A stretch of DNA of 64,000 bases from the IMG/VR virus record IMGVR_UViG_3300036951_000320, positions 1-64,000 of that record; one strand, given 5' to 3'. This document shows positions 37,356-47,729 of this stretch, piece after piece. The notes beneath the pieces are model-generated. The model was not told where the DNA came from and searched no databases. It worked only from the letters and a program-made list of their open reading frames with translations. The number at the start of each line of letters is the position of its first letter. Position 1 is the stretch's first letter. Position numbers and translations under genes: made by a program. The DNA comes from a virus (taxonomy: Duplodnaviria; Caudoviricetes).

Positions 37356-38219
37356 ATGACAGATTCAGAGCAACAAACCGGCACGACGGTGCCGACCACG
37401 AATTTCGTCGGTTCATCGACCGGCCAACGGATAGGCACCGATGAACCGACCCCACAAGCGCACATAACAACCCAACCTAATCCCCCACAACCGGCGGATA
37501 ATTCTTCGCCAACGAATGAACGGCGGCGAACCATGGCGGGGGACTTACCACCGGAGGCGCTGTCGGAACGGCTTGCACGTGAACGCAAGGCGGAACGCGA
37601 ACGGGTGCTTCGAGAGTTAGGGATCGAAGACCCGTCGAAATACAAATCGGAACGTGAAGAGTTAGCGAAGCTTCGCTCGGAACGAGAAAAAGCGGAACGG
37701 GCGAAGCTGACGCGTGAGCAAGCCTTACAAGCGGATCTAGCGAAGGAACGCGCGCAACGTGAATCAATCGAAGCGCAGCTTCGAGAATCCCAAACCGCGC
37801 GTGTATATGATCGGCAAGAAACGCAAATTCAATCCATTGTCGGAAGGCATATACTTCCGTCGCGATATAAGTATGCACGAACGGATTTCATTGAATACCT
37901 TTCCGGGCTCTCGAAGCGACAAATAGCACGCCTCACTGAACGCGATATTGATCGATGGTTCGCACGGTTCGCAAAGGACAACCCCGACTTTGCGATTGCA
38001 CGCCCCGAGGAACCCCCCGAAGAAACGAAACCCAAATCTTCAACGCGAAAGCCGGTGAATTCTTCACCGTCGGCTGCAAAGCCGGCCCCTCCCCCGGCGG
38101 CAACGAACACCGATCCATCGGTGGTAGATGGGAAAACGTTTCGCCCCGGTCAACCAAATTCGATGAATAAGCATGAAGTTAAACAAGCGATGAAACGGCT
38201 TGGACTTCGCGGGTGGTGA
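37356..38219 (+). CDS. Capsid scaffolding protein
   Basis: Long charged coiled coil, Pro-rich linker, short C-terminal domain; near the MCP gene. Confidence 0.7.
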   Translation: MTDSEQQTGTTVPTTNFVGSSTGQRIGTDEPTPQAHITTQPNPPQPADNSSPTNERRRTMAGDLPPEALSERLARERKAERERVLRELGIEDPSKYKSEREELAKLRSEREKAERAKLTREQALQADLAKERAQRESIEAQLRESQTARVYDRQETQIQSIVGRHILPSRYKYARTDFIEYLSGLSKRQIARLTERDIDRWFARFAKDNPDFAIARPEEPPEETKPKSSTRKPVNSSPSAAKPAPPPAATNTDPSVVDGKTFRPGQPNSMNKHEVKQAMKRLGLRGW

Positions 38220-38220
38220 T

Positions 38221-38586
38221 ATGAGTGCGGCACGACATACGATTTCAAATGGCGGAGCGGTTCTAAATGTAGACTCCGCACCGAACACGATTGCGCCTCC
38301 CCCGGAGCGAATATTTACGATTCCAAAATCGCCAACCGGCATTCAAGGGATTTGGTTAGGTGCTGAAAATGGAACCCCGGATTGCGAGTTATGGTGCAAG
38401 GTAACGCCTAACAAATGGCTTGCACTATCAACCGCAAGCTTCGGTGGGGGCACTACCTTTTCATTGTCTTCGGATGCGGCAATTCCTTTGACAATAGGGC
38501 TTGCGATTGTTGACGTGCCGTGTTTCGTGCGTGTAATGGTTCCCAACGGGGCAACCGCAATTCATGTCGGGACATCGAACACTTAG
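38221..38586 (+). CDS. Hypothetical structural protein
   Basis: 121 aa beta-rich. Confidence 0.6.
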   Translation: MSAARHTISNGGAVLNVDSAPNTIAPPPERIFTIPKSPTGIQGIWLGAENGTPDCELWCKVTPNKWLALSTASFGGGTTFSLSSDAAIPLTIGLAIVDVPCFVRVMVPNGATAIHVGTSNT

Positions 38587-38600
38587 CATTCGGGCGTTGC

Positions 38601-38655
38601 ACGGAAACACGTGTTTCCGTCGGACTTGACTCCCCCCGTTTTCACGGTGCATTCT
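38601..38655 (+). promoter_or_regulatory. 20-bp palindrome copy 5 plus capsid promoter
   Basis: Palindrome 38601-38620, then TTGACT (38626)-N18-CATTCT (38650). Confidence 0.8.
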
Positions 38656-38789
38656 TCATATAAACCAAGCGGCAAGCGGCGGCACTTACGCGGCCCCCGG
38701 CGGAATAAACAGGGTGGATCAAGCCAAACCGCAAGCACGCAACGAGCGCAAATGCTCTCGAAGGATGCACACACAATGGAGGCTTGATC

Positions 38790-40184
38790 ATGTCTGGATC
38801 ATTAGTTTTAGGGGTTCCCCCTGCAATTCTAAACCTTGTTCAGCAAGGCTTACTTGAAAGGGCGTTCCATGATGGGCTCTTCCCGGCGCTCATGTATCGG
38901 AGCGAAGCATCGGCGGAGGAATGGGGAGCGAATACAGGCACCGAAATTTTCATGAGCCGCCCCGGGCTTCTCCGCCCGATCGTGAAGCCTCTTGCGGCGG
39001 GTGTTGACCCCACCCCGCAAACGGTGAGTTTTGAACAATGGGTAGCTCGGCTCGCACGGTACGCGGGGACGATCGACACGCACATTCCGACGAGCGTCGT
39101 CGCGAACGCCGATCTGTTCCTGCGCAACATTCATCAGCTAGGTTTACAAGCCGGTCAATCATTGAACCGAATTCCTCGGAATGAGCTTTTCAAAAGCTAT
39201 CTTTCGGGGCACACGGTAACGATTGCTGCAGCGGGCGCGCCAGATACGACAATCCGCGTGGCGGCATTGAATGGGTTTATTGACGTTGTTATTCCCGGTG
39301 CGCAAGTTAGGCCGGCAAGTGTCTCGCCGGCTACCCCTCTTGCTATCACGATCGCGGGTGTGGGGGTTCGCAATGTTATTGGATACACCCCGGATGATCC
39401 CGATGATCCATTTGGACCCGGAACGCTCTTGCTCGACGCGGCGATCGGTGGTGGTGGTATTGCGGCACGAACCCCCGTGCTTTCGTCGCAACGTCCAATG
39501 ATCATTCGTTCGGGCGGTGGAACGTCGGTTGACGCGATCGGCGGCGGCGATACGTTCGTTTTGCAAGACCTGATCAACGCGGTGAACAAGCTTAGGAAAC
39601 AGAATGTCCAACCGCACGAAGACGGCTACTATCACGCGCACATTTCGACGGACGCGAATTCGCAAGTCTTCGCGGATCCGGCATTCCAGCGCTTGAACAC
39701 GGCGCTTCCCGATCATACGTACTACCAGGAAGCGTTCATCGGGACGATCGCCGGGTGCGCGTGCTTCCTGAACACAGAATCCCCCGATTATGGGAACGCT
39801 GGCGATCGTGTTGCGACGGGTGCCGGTGGTTCGTTCTATTCGTGCGATATAGGCGCTGAAACAACGAACGATTCGGGGATCAATATCGGACGCGTGATCG
39901 TTACGGGGCGAGGTGCGCTTGTTGAAAAATACCTCGATGAAAAGGCATACGTGACGGAGGCGGGCATCACGGGCAAAGTCGGCGAATTCACGGTGGTGAA
40001 CGCTGGCGTAGAAGTGCAGACAGAGCGGGTGCGGTTGATCCTTCGTGCTCCGCTTAACCGACTCCAAGACGTGGTGGCGGCTTCGTGGTCGATCACAACG
40101 TCGTTTCCGATTCCGTCGGATATTTCGAGCGGTGGCCCTGAACGCTACAAGCGGGCGATCGTTGTCGAACACGCGTTAGACTAA
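38790..40184 (+). CDS. Major capsid protein
   Basis: 464 aa after scaffold; strong RBS; HK97-like GT...SRPGLL and late YYHAHI...VFADP segments. Confidence 0.8.
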   Translation: MSGSLVLGVPPAILNLVQQGLLERAFHDGLFPALMYRSEASAEEWGANTGTEIFMSRPGLLRPIVKPLAAGVDPTPQTVSFEQWVARLARYAGTIDTHIPTSVVANADLFLRNIHQLGLQAGQSLNRIPRNELFKSYLSGHTVTIAAAGAPDTTIRVAALNGFIDVVIPGAQVRPASVSPATPLAITIAGVGVRNVIGYTPDDPDDPFGPGTLLLDAAIGGGGIAARTPVLSSQRPMIIRSGGGTSVDAIGGGDTFVLQDLINAVNKLRKQNVQPHEDGYYHAHISTDANSQVFADPAFQRLNTALPDHTYYQEAFIGTIAGCACFLNTESPDYGNAGDRVATGAGGSFYSCDIGAETTNDSGINIGRVIVTGRGALVEKYLDEKAYVTEAGITGKVGEFTVVNAGVEVQTERVRLILRAPLNRLQDVVAASWSITTSFPIPSDISSGGPERYKRAIVVEHALD

Positions 40185-40276
40185 TGCGTGACCCCCTCTT
40201 CATCCTTCACATAATTTTCACCATGTAATAGTGGCGTTCGTTTGCAGCGCGAACGCCTCCGGTTTATCTTCATCGG

Positions 40277-40873
40277 GTGACACCGAATGGTCTTCGAACA
40301 TGGGCGCTTTACGATGGCGGGAAGTTTCGCGACTTTCCGGACGCATACCAACAAACCGTCTATACGTGCGGCCCGGCTACGCTTCGATCTGCTCTCGCGT
40401 GGTATGGACACGAGGTGGACGAAGCAACGCTTGCCGATGAATTAGACACAACCCCACAAGACGGAACCACGATTGCAAACATGGTAAAGGTTGCGCGTGC
40501 ATACGGGGTCGATGCGGAGGCACGCGAACATTTGACAATCGCGGATCTTGAATCGGCAATTGCACGAGGTGACGTTGTGATCGTCGTGCTTCAAGCGTGG
40601 AAGAATTCCGGCCCCCCGGTGGGGGGATACACGAACGAATGGAACGAGGGGCACTACGTTATTCCAGTAGCGATCGATCGCGATGCAATTTTATTCGAGG
40701 ATCCGGCGGTGGTGGGATCTCGTGTATATCTCACAACCGCCGAATTCATGGATCGGTGGCACGATATAGACACGGGACACAAATTGCATCATGCGGGGAT
40801 ATTGCTTCATGGTGTCGTGACGGGGATCGTTGCATCTTCCCCGACACTTGGGGAACCCGTTTCGATGCGATAG
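40277..40873 (+). CDS. Peptidase C39-like protein
   Basis: QQTVYTCGPATL...GT...GHYVI...EDP (Q/C/H/D). Confidence 0.8.
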   Translation: MTPNGLRTWALYDGGKFRDFPDAYQQTVYTCGPATLRSALAWYGHEVDEATLADELDTTPQDGTTIANMVKVARAYGVDAEAREHLTIADLESAIARGDVVIVVLQAWKNSGPPVGGYTNEWNEGHYVIPVAIDRDAILFEDPAVVGSRVYLTTAEFMDRWHDIDTGHKLHHAGILLHGVVTGIVASSPTLGEPVSMR

Positions 40874-40918
40874 ACAACGGGGGCTCATGATGCCAGCATA
40901 AACACGGGAGGTTTGATC

Positions 40919-41254
40919 ATGAGAAAACTACAAAGCACTGATACACGAAAAGAAGATGAAAATGTTCAAGTGTTAGATTCCGGCCCTATCCCCGAAGTGA
41001 CACTTGAACTACCGGGTGCATCCGACGTGGTAGGTGATGCAACGATTCGAAATGCCGCCCCGGAAACCCCGCCTCCCCCCATGCGGTGGTTTCGCGTTGT
41101 CAAAGGTGGGTACGTATTAGACAACGGATTTCGAACCATGTTGAAGCCGGGCAAGGAAATCAACGATCTGAACTACACGATCCGTAACTTGCAACGGCAA
41201 GGGATCGTGCTCGAAGAGATCACGGCGGCGGATCGCACGTCGCCGATCATGTGA
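40919..41254 (+). CDS. Hypothetical head-associated protein
   Basis: 111 aa; RBS GGGAGG. Confidence 0.65.
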   Translation: MRKLQSTDTRKEDENVQVLDSGPIPEVTLELPGASDVVGDATIRNAAPETPPPPMRWFRVVKGGYVLDNGFRTMLKPGKEINDLNYTIRNLQRQGIVLEEITAADRTSPIM

Positions 41255-41271
41255 CGTGAAGGGGGTTCGCG

Positions 41272-41664
41272 GTGCCTTTGACGGAACAAGAGCGGGTCAA
41301 GATACGTCATCATTTGGGCTACCTGAACGTGGCGGAGGCTCAAACCTTCGTGTTCGGAACCCCCGCATCATTTGAGCCCCAATTTCTCGTTGAAGGTGCG
41401 ATGAATCGCGTTCTCGATGCTGCGCTCCCCGAGGTGCGACGCCATATCGCGATCCTCGATCAAATCGAAGAGCAAATGATCGCCGACCATGAGCTTCTCG
41501 CAGTGAGCAAGGTAGGCGAGATCGACGTCCGCCCGGATGAACAAGAGGCGTTGGAAGAGCGCTATGATAGGTGGCGTCAATCGCTTGCTAACCTGCTCGG
41601 GATTTGCGCGAACCCATTCGACAAGCGTTATGGTCATGGTGTCAACGTTCCGGTGAGGTGGTGA
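41272..41664 (+). CDS. Head-tail adaptor-like protein
   Basis: LTEQERVKIRHHLGY helical protein after MCP. Confidence 0.55.
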   Translation: MPLTEQERVKIRHHLGYLNVAEAQTFVFGTPASFEPQFLVEGAMNRVLDAALPEVRRHIAILDQIEEQMIADHELLAVSKVGEIDVRPDEQEALEERYDRWRQSLANLLGICANPFDKRYGHGVNVPVRW

Positions 41665-41671
41665 GGTGAAC

Positions 41672-41980
41672 ATGGAACGACGTGATGCGGTGTTCTTCGG
41701 TGCGGTGATCGCCATGATGATCGCTCCGTGCGTGGTGGCATCATGCACGGGGGAACAACGTCGGATCGCGCGCGACGTGCTCGACGTGATCGAGGTGGTG
41801 TGCGCCCCTACCGACGATCGAGATTCTTGCCTCGACAAGCTTGTCGCGATGCGAGCGCGCGAGACGGGCGTGGCGGGGTCGGCGAGTGCGGCGGGGCCCG
41901 TAGCCCCTCCCCCGGCTAACGGTTCGTTTTCGGACCCTTCTAGCGCAACCCCAGCGCCTTCCGGGAGCGTTCTGCAGTGA
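41672..41980 (+). CDS. Putative lipoprotein
   Basis: Signal peptide with lipobox-like VVASC; C..C pair. Confidence 0.6.
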   Translation: MERRDAVFFGAVIAMMIAPCVVASCTGEQRRIARDVLDVIEVVCAPTDDRDSCLDKLVAMRARETGVAGSASAAGPVAPPPANGSFSDPSSATPAPSGSVLQ

Positions 41981-42765
41981 AGGGGTTCGGGCATCACCCG
42001 ACCCCCCCGGAAGTCGTGCCATGGGGGACGCTCGGGTTCGCATCCGGCGACGGACCCGACACATGCTCGACGCTTTCCCGCTTCGTGCGACGGGGCGGAG
42101 ATCAATCGGTCACGTCTTCGTGCGTGTGGTGGGCGATTGCGGGAGCACTATGGGCGACGCTTGGACTTCACGGACTCCCCCCGGTGTGGATCTCCGTGCT
42201 TGCGGGCTACTGGCTTACACGCCGGCGCACGGCGGCGGGCGGGGTGGTGCTCGATCTGGGATGCCGCCCGACGGACGCGGCGGAAGTCGTGCGCGAACCG
42301 GGGGTGATCCCGGCGGAGGCGTGGCCCTTCGTGTCTTCGAAGGTGAACGCGGAACCGGACTTCGGCGCGTTGATCATCGCTCCCGATCGTGCGTGGTTCT
42401 CCCTTCGGCGGATCGTGACGGGTGGCGAAGCGCGAAACCGAGATATTCGGTTGGCGCTATCGGCGCCGGGAACGAGCGCGAGGTTCATCCTTCATGGACA
42501 AGCGTTGGACATGGAGGCGCAACGGTGGACCCCCGACCGTGGGCCCTACTCGCGTGACGGGCGCCCGATCGTGGGGCGCCATATTGAGTTGTGCCCGAGC
42601 TATGGACCCGACGGGCTCGATCATGTGTCATCGTGGGGAATGGCGGATCGACGCGATACATGGGGGCAAGTCGCAAGCGACGACACTTCCGATGTGTGGG
42701 CGGTTGAAATCAACGTGACGCTGGCGCTTGCGATGTTCAAGACGCTTGGGAAGGGGATCCGATGA
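41977..42765 (+). CDS. Papain-like (C1) cysteine protease
   Basis: DQSVTSSCVWWA (Q, C), GRHIEL (H), SSWG in place of NSWG. Confidence 0.7.
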   Translation: MKGFGHHPTPPEVVPWGTLGFASGDGPDTCSTLSRFVRRGGDQSVTSSCVWWAIAGALWATLGLHGLPPVWISVLAGYWLTRRRTAAGGVVLDLGCRPTDAAEVVREPGVIPAEAWPFVSSKVNAEPDFGALIIAPDRAWFSLRRIVTGGEARNRDIRLALSAPGTSARFILHGQALDMEAQRWTPDRGPYSRDGRPIVGRHIELCPSYGPDGLDHVSSWGMADRRDTWGQVASDDTSDVWAVEINVTLALAMFKTLGKGIR

Positions 42766-43067
42766 AGCGCGGGCTTCGTTTGGTGGTGTGCGTGATGCTC
42801 GCGGCGGGGTGCTCCCCCGACCCCTACCCCCACGTTCCGGCAACGGCGAGTGCTTGTGAAGGGGCGTGCATCGTGCTTGCCACGTTCCCCGAATGCAGGG
42901 CGGAGGCGATGCCGGAAGAGCCGGGCAAGTGCGAAGCGCGATGTGAACAGATCGCGCGGCTTGGTTACGTGTGGAACACGAACACGAGCGGCCCTACGTG
43001 CATCCGGGAAGCGCGCACGCTTGAAGCGGTACGCGCGTGCAACGTCAAGTGCGAAGGGGGGCAGTAA
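42762..43067 (+). CDS. Cys-rich lipoprotein
   Basis: Lipobox LAAGC followed by eight further Cys. Confidence 0.7.
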   Translation: MKRGLRLVVCVMLAAGCSPDPYPHVPATASACEGACIVLATFPECRAEAMPEEPGKCEARCEQIARLGYVWNTNTSGPTCIREARTLEAVRACNVKCEGGQ

Positions 43068-43627
43068 TGCCGCGACCCCGACCGTTGACGCCTTCGGAGG
43101 CAAAGCGAACGCTCGCAAACCGGCTCGGGCTTCGGGCGGATCGCTTGCGGCAATTTTCTACCCGGTTCGGGCTCCGCTCGCGGCGTGTGTTCTTGACGTG
43201 GACGAAGTTCACGGGCGATGAACGCGGCGAAGGGCAAGAGCAAGTGCTTGCTCGGGTCGAATTGCTTCCGACCCCGAAGGTATCGGATGCCACAGGCATT
43301 ATGCGGATGCCTTATTCGGCGGGTGTGCTTCCGGTGGGAACGGTTCGTGTTTCGTTGATCTCCGTCAAGTTTACCTTTGATCAACTAACAGGGCGGCGGA
43401 TCCCCGGACGCTCCGACAACGTGCCGATCCCCGAGCCGATCGATTTCTTCTACGAGCTTGTCGAAGACGGGCGCGGCGATGATCCGGCGGAGCGGCAACG
43501 CTTCCGGGTGCTCGGGATCCCGTGGCTCGATGAAGGCAACGTCGGGTGGACCGTGCTACTTGAACGAAGCTCCGAAGACTTCGCGCGCAACGGGACTTCG
43601 CAGATCGGGATCGACCCCGATGATTGA
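43067..43627 (+). CDS. Head closure/stopper-like protein
   Basis: Position in the neck module; beta-rich. Confidence 0.5.
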   Translation: MPRPRPLTPSEAKRTLANRLGLRADRLRQFSTRFGLRSRRVFLTWTKFTGDERGEGQEQVLARVELLPTPKVSDATGIMRMPYSAGVLPVGTVRVSLISVKFTFDQLTGRRIPGRSDNVPIPEPIDFFYELVEDGRGDDPAERQRFRVLGIPWLDEGNVGWTVLLERSSEDFARNGTSQIGIDPDD

Positions 43628-43654
43628 CGTTCGGGGTGATGCTATGTTGAATGC

Positions 43655-44176
43655 ATGGCAACCATTATTTTACAGCTTGAAGACGCAAAGGAATTCTTCG
43701 GGAAGAAGCTAACTAAAAAAATGGAAAAGGCTGCGCTTCGTGGGCTTTTATCGACGGCGATGAGGCTTCATCAAACGATCATCACGCAGATCATTCCGGC
43801 TCGTTCTCCGCAACCCGTGGATCGCGGCGTGTTTCGTGCGGGGTGGCGTGCGTATCTCACAACGGAAATGGGGAAGGAATGTGCGGTGATCGAAAACCGG
43901 GAGCTTCACGCGGCGTTTATTGAGCACGGCGTCCGCGCTTCGAATGTAAAGGGGGGAAGGCGTGTGCGTGAAATTCTGGCGGAATGGGCACTCCGTAAGC
44001 ATTACGTTTCGAACGAGATTGAGGCACACTCATTCGCATTTAATTTGCTTCGGAAGATGAAGCAGCGGGGGGTCTTCAACGGTGGGCAGGGGTTCGGGAT
44101 ATTGAAAGAGGCTACGGAGTATTACGCCCCCCAATTTTTACCTGAAGAAGTCGCACGGGAAATGGCTTCCATGTAA
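43655..44176 (+). CDS. HK97 gp10-like neck/tail completion protein
   Basis: PVDRGVFRAGW...HAAFIEHG motif. Confidence 0.7.
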   Translation: MATIILQLEDAKEFFGKKLTKKMEKAALRGLLSTAMRLHQTIITQIIPARSPQPVDRGVFRAGWRAYLTTEMGKECAVIENRELHAAFIEHGVRASNVKGGRRVREILAEWALRKHYVSNEIEAHSFAFNLLRKMKQRGVFNGGQGFGILKEATEYYAPQFLPEEVAREMASM

Positions 44177-44185
44177 CCTTGAAAT

Positions 44186-44905
44186 ATGGTGTTGCCTAAC
44201 GAAGCACAACAATTTCTTCCCCCAACAACTACTCCGTTCGGGAGGGTGTGGCCCCCTCGTGCGGACCCCCCGACACCGGCGGTTGATGCGAGAACGTTTG
44301 CCCTTCGTCGGTTCCGTCAATTCTTGTCGTGTCTTCGTTTCAATCGGACGGAACGAGGCGATCGCGTGATCCCGTTTCAAGTGCCGATCGCGAACATATT
44401 GATCGAGCAACCGGATGACCCGAAGGTGCTGAAATTTCCAAGCATCGCGTTCCTTCCCGGGGTGGGATCGAATGAACCGATCGGGCTTGGCCCCCCGAAA
44501 ATAATGGAAGAAACTGTCGATAAATTCGGGGATGGAACCGCACTCGTGCTTGCATCTGAATTTTCAGAGGTGTTCATTGTTGAAGTATGGGCAAGCACAC
44601 GGGCGGAGCGGCGTGCTCTTGTGGCGGGGATTTCCGTTGCGCTCCGTTCGGTAGAGGAAAGCTATTCAACCCGAATCATGCTCCCTGACTATTACGATCA
44701 AATTGCTGAATTTTGGCTTGTGGAAACCCGATACATCGACGACCCCGACGTGGTTCGGGGAAGGCGAAGGGCACATCTTATGGTTGGGATGCGGGTTCCA
44801 GAAGTGCATTTGACAAACATTTCTCATTCTCACGGGATTGCAACGGTGGAAGCTTTTGAGGTGGTGGTGTCATCATACGATAATTGTCGGTGCGGTTGCG
44901 GCTGA
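44186..44905 (+). CDS. Tail terminator-like protein
   Basis: FPSIAF...VEVWASTRAERRAL, immediately before the sheath. Confidence 0.55.
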   Translation: MVLPNEAQQFLPPTTTPFGRVWPPRADPPTPAVDARTFALRRFRQFLSCLRFNRTERGDRVIPFQVPIANILIEQPDDPKVLKFPSIAFLPGVGSNEPIGLGPPKIMEETVDKFGDGTALVLASEFSEVFIVEVWASTRAERRALVAGISVALRSVEESYSTRIMLPDYYDQIAEFWLVETRYIDDPDVVRGRRRAHLMVGMRVPEVHLTNISHSHGIATVEAFEVVVSSYDNCRCGCG

Positions 44906-44958
44906 CAAGGTGGTGTGCAAGCATCGTTTCAGCAACGAACCCGAGCGGAGGCTAAGAC

Positions 44959-47169
44959 ATGGCCGGTTTCATTCGACGTTATTTATTCGATCCCGGATTT
45001 GAAGAGATTGCGGCGATCGAAGGTGTAGTGATCATTGATCGAGAACCCCCGGCATCGATCACAGGGGTAGGATCGGGGACAGTGGCGATTGTTGGGGAAT
45101 TCGAAAAAGGCCCCTTCAACGAACCGTGTGAGGTTGCTTCAAGCACGGATTTTTTGAATACGTTCGGAGGCTTCGGATTCACTTATGACGGGGTGCCTTC
45201 GCAAAACCCATGCGCTCGTTCACGCAAAGCGGATGCCGCAATCATTCCGGAGTATTGGAACGGGAACGGGTTCATTGCTCTTGCGGGGAAAAAATTTCGA
45301 AGATTGATCATTGTTCGCGTCGATACGTCTGTAGGTGAGGTGGAATTCCGTCGGCTTGCGTGCTTGAAGGGTGCATCCGACTTCACGTTCAACCTTGAAC
45401 CGGGGGACACTATCTCTACAGATGTGGGGGGCGGACCCGTTGCTGCAACATTCAACGCAACGGCGGCAACGGTAACGGGTGTTGCATTCGTTGGCGGTCT
45501 TGCGGCGGGTGAAAGCGTAACAATTGGATATGATGAAGAACCCAATGTTGACGTTGTGTTTCTTGCTTCCGACGTGACGATCGGGGATGCGATCGCACGA
45601 ATAAATCTTGCAGCGGGATTTGCGTTTGCATCGAACAATGCGGGAGCGATCCAACTAACGGGTCGCAAGCGCGGGACGGATGGGGAGGTTCGCATTGTGG
45701 CGGAGGCACCGGCGGGAGTGCTCGCAAAACTCGGTCTTGTCGTCGGGACAACGAGCGGCACAGGCAATGTAGCGGATATTGACGCGGTGACTTCGTTAGA
45801 AGTGCATACTGTAATTCACACGGCAAACCCATCGGTGAGCGTTGCGCGTGATGAAGGACAACGCTTGATTATGTGTAACACGACGACACCGGAAACAGGA
45901 ACGCTCACGGTCACGGCAAGTACGGCGGTTTCTCTCGGGTTCAATGCGGGGGATGCGTCAACGGCTGCGAATGGTGAAGACGGTGTGATTCCGGCGGGAA
46001 CGCGTGTGCGTAATTCGATCGGGGATGAATGGGTAACGATGCAAGATGTGAAAGTTACAGCGGCGAAGGCCGGCCCTTATGCGGTGAAGATTCGACCGGC
46101 AAATGATGACGGCACAACGGGATCGGAGATTGCCGGTTCGGCCAACGTGCTTCCGTTCCCGATTCCGAACCTTGGCGGGTTCGCGGTGATCAACCCGTTG
46201 CCTATTTCGGCGGCATTGTCGGAGGCAACGATCGATTCAAAATATCAAGATGCATTCGATACAACGAAAGACGTTTCCAACGTCGTGAAGGAAACGAATG
46301 TTATCGTATCGGCAAGGCAATCGAATTCGGTTCGATTGATGGCACGCACGAACGCGATCGAATCTTCATCGGAGGGGTGCTTTGGGCGGATTGCGTGCAT
46401 TCGACCACCGTTGAAGACACCGCGTGTGAAAGCGAAAAGCACAACCGCGCAACCGGGGGTCGGAGCATATCGCGATCAACGGGTGGTATATTGTTATCCT
46501 GGCGTGCGTGTATTCATTCCGCAAATTGCTTCGGTGGGTTTGAGCGGAGGTGCCGGCTTCACGGCGGATGGTCGCATCGACGTTGGCGGGGACACATGGC
46601 TTGCCTCGATCATGTCGCAATTGCCCCCCGAAGAGAATCCGGGGCAGCAAACCACGTTCGCGACGAACATCCTCGGGGTCGAAGCGGACAACCCCGACGT
46701 TCAGGGAATGACGGTGAGCGACTACCGCGCGTTCCGCGCGAGCGGGATCGCGGCGTGGAGGATGGATGATGGTGTCGCGATTATTCAATCAGGTATCACA
46801 AGCGTTGACCCGACAACCCATCCGAACCTTAGAAATATCGCACGGCGCCGCATGGCGGATTTCATTCAAGATTCGTTGGCCCCTCGGATGAAGGCGTTCA
46901 ACAAGAAGCTTGCAACGCGCATTCGACGCGCATTGATCATCGGAGAAATCGATGCGTTTCTTCGAGGGCTCCGCTCCGATGGAAACCCGGCATCACAACG
47001 AATTGAAAATTACTTGATCGATGCGTTGTCAGGGAACACGCCGGAAAGCCTTGCGGCTGGCGTGTTTCGCATCATTATCAAAGTCCGAACGCTCCCGTCG
47101 CTTGACGTGATTGTGCTTGATACAGAGGTAGGGGAGAACGTTCAAGTTACAGAAATTCTCGCGGCGTGA
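44959..47169 (+). CDS. Contractile tail sheath protein
   Basis: AIVGEFEKGPFNEP; C-terminal NIARRRMADFI...IIKVRT. Confidence 0.88.
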   Translation: MAGFIRRYLFDPGFEEIAAIEGVVIIDREPPASITGVGSGTVAIVGEFEKGPFNEPCEVASSTDFLNTFGGFGFTYDGVPSQNPCARSRKADAAIIPEYWNGNGFIALAGKKFRRLIIVRVDTSVGEVEFRRLACLKGASDFTFNLEPGDTISTDVGGGPVAATFNATAATVTGVAFVGGLAAGESVTIGYDEEPNVDVVFLASDVTIGDAIARINLAAGFAFASNNAGAIQLTGRKRGTDGEVRIVAEAPAGVLAKLGLVVGTTSGTGNVADIDAVTSLEVHTVIHTANPSVSVARDEGQRLIMCNTTTPETGTLTVTASTAVSLGFNAGDASTAANGEDGVIPAGTRVRNSIGDEWVTMQDVKVTAAKAGPYAVKIRPANDDGTTGSEIAGSANVLPFPIPNLGGFAVINPLPISAALSEATIDSKYQDAFDTTKDVSNVVKETNVIVSARQSNSVRLMARTNAIESSSEGCFGRIACIRPPLKTPRVKAKSTTAQPGVGAYRDQRVVYCYPGVRVFIPQIASVGLSGGAGFTADGRIDVGGDTWLASIMSQLPPEENPGQQTTFATNILGVEADNPDVQGMTVSDYRAFRASGIAAWRMDDGVAIIQSGITSVDPTTHPNLRNIARRRMADFIQDSLAPRMKAFNKKLATRIRRALIIGEIDAFLRGLRSDGNPASQRIENYLIDALSGNTPESLAAGVFRIIIKVRTLPSLDVIVLDTEVGENVQVTEILAA

Positions 47170-47188
47170 TTCGAAGGGAACGTGAAAA

Positions 47189-47632
47189 ATGGCGTCAAGA
47201 CTAAAAGGGCAAGAGGTAGAAATCCGGGTGGTGAACGCCGGGAACGTGGTGACTTCGATCGCGGCGATAGCCACCTTCAACGAACAAGTCATGCTCGAAA
47301 CGAAGCAAGACGGCTTCCTTGGGGAAGTCGTGGATCGATTCGATGATATTCTCCGAGGTTATGGCTTCGATCTGGAATTCCAGGTGTCGGAAGCTGCATG
47401 GATCGACTTGCAAACGGCGATCATCGATCGCGCGCAACGCAAGACCCCCGAAGTCACGTTCAACGTGATCCGCACGGACTTCTATGCGAACGGCGACACG
47501 TTGATCGTGACCTACTCGGATGTGAAATTCGGGGCGCAACCGTTGTCGATCGCATCGCGCGGCGACTTTGTGAAGGTGAAAATTGAAGGCAAATCTTCGG
47601 AGCGAACGATTCAAAAAAATTCGCTTCCGTAA
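47189..47632 (+). CDS. Tail tube protein
   Basis: 147 aa beta-rich protein following the sheath. Confidence 0.7.
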   Translation: MASRLKGQEVEIRVVNAGNVVTSIAAIATFNEQVMLETKQDGFLGEVVDRFDDILRGYGFDLEFQVSEAAWIDLQTAIIDRAQRKTPEVTFNVIRTDFYANGDTLIVTYSDVKFGAQPLSIASRGDFVKVKIEGKSSERTIQKNSLP

Positions 47633-47637
47633 AGGAA

Positions 47638-47704
47638 GACACCGGCGGCATGTTGACTGCTTGATCGACGGGTCAAGTCCCCTCCCCCTCATGCCGTCGG
47701 TGTC
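47638..47704 (+). other. Structured intergenic RNA element
   Basis: GACACCGGCGGCATG pairs with CATGCCGTCGGTGTC (15 bp, one GU) around an inner hairpin. Confidence 0.55.
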
Positions 47705-47729
47705 GCTTTGATCATGGGAGGTAAGGATC

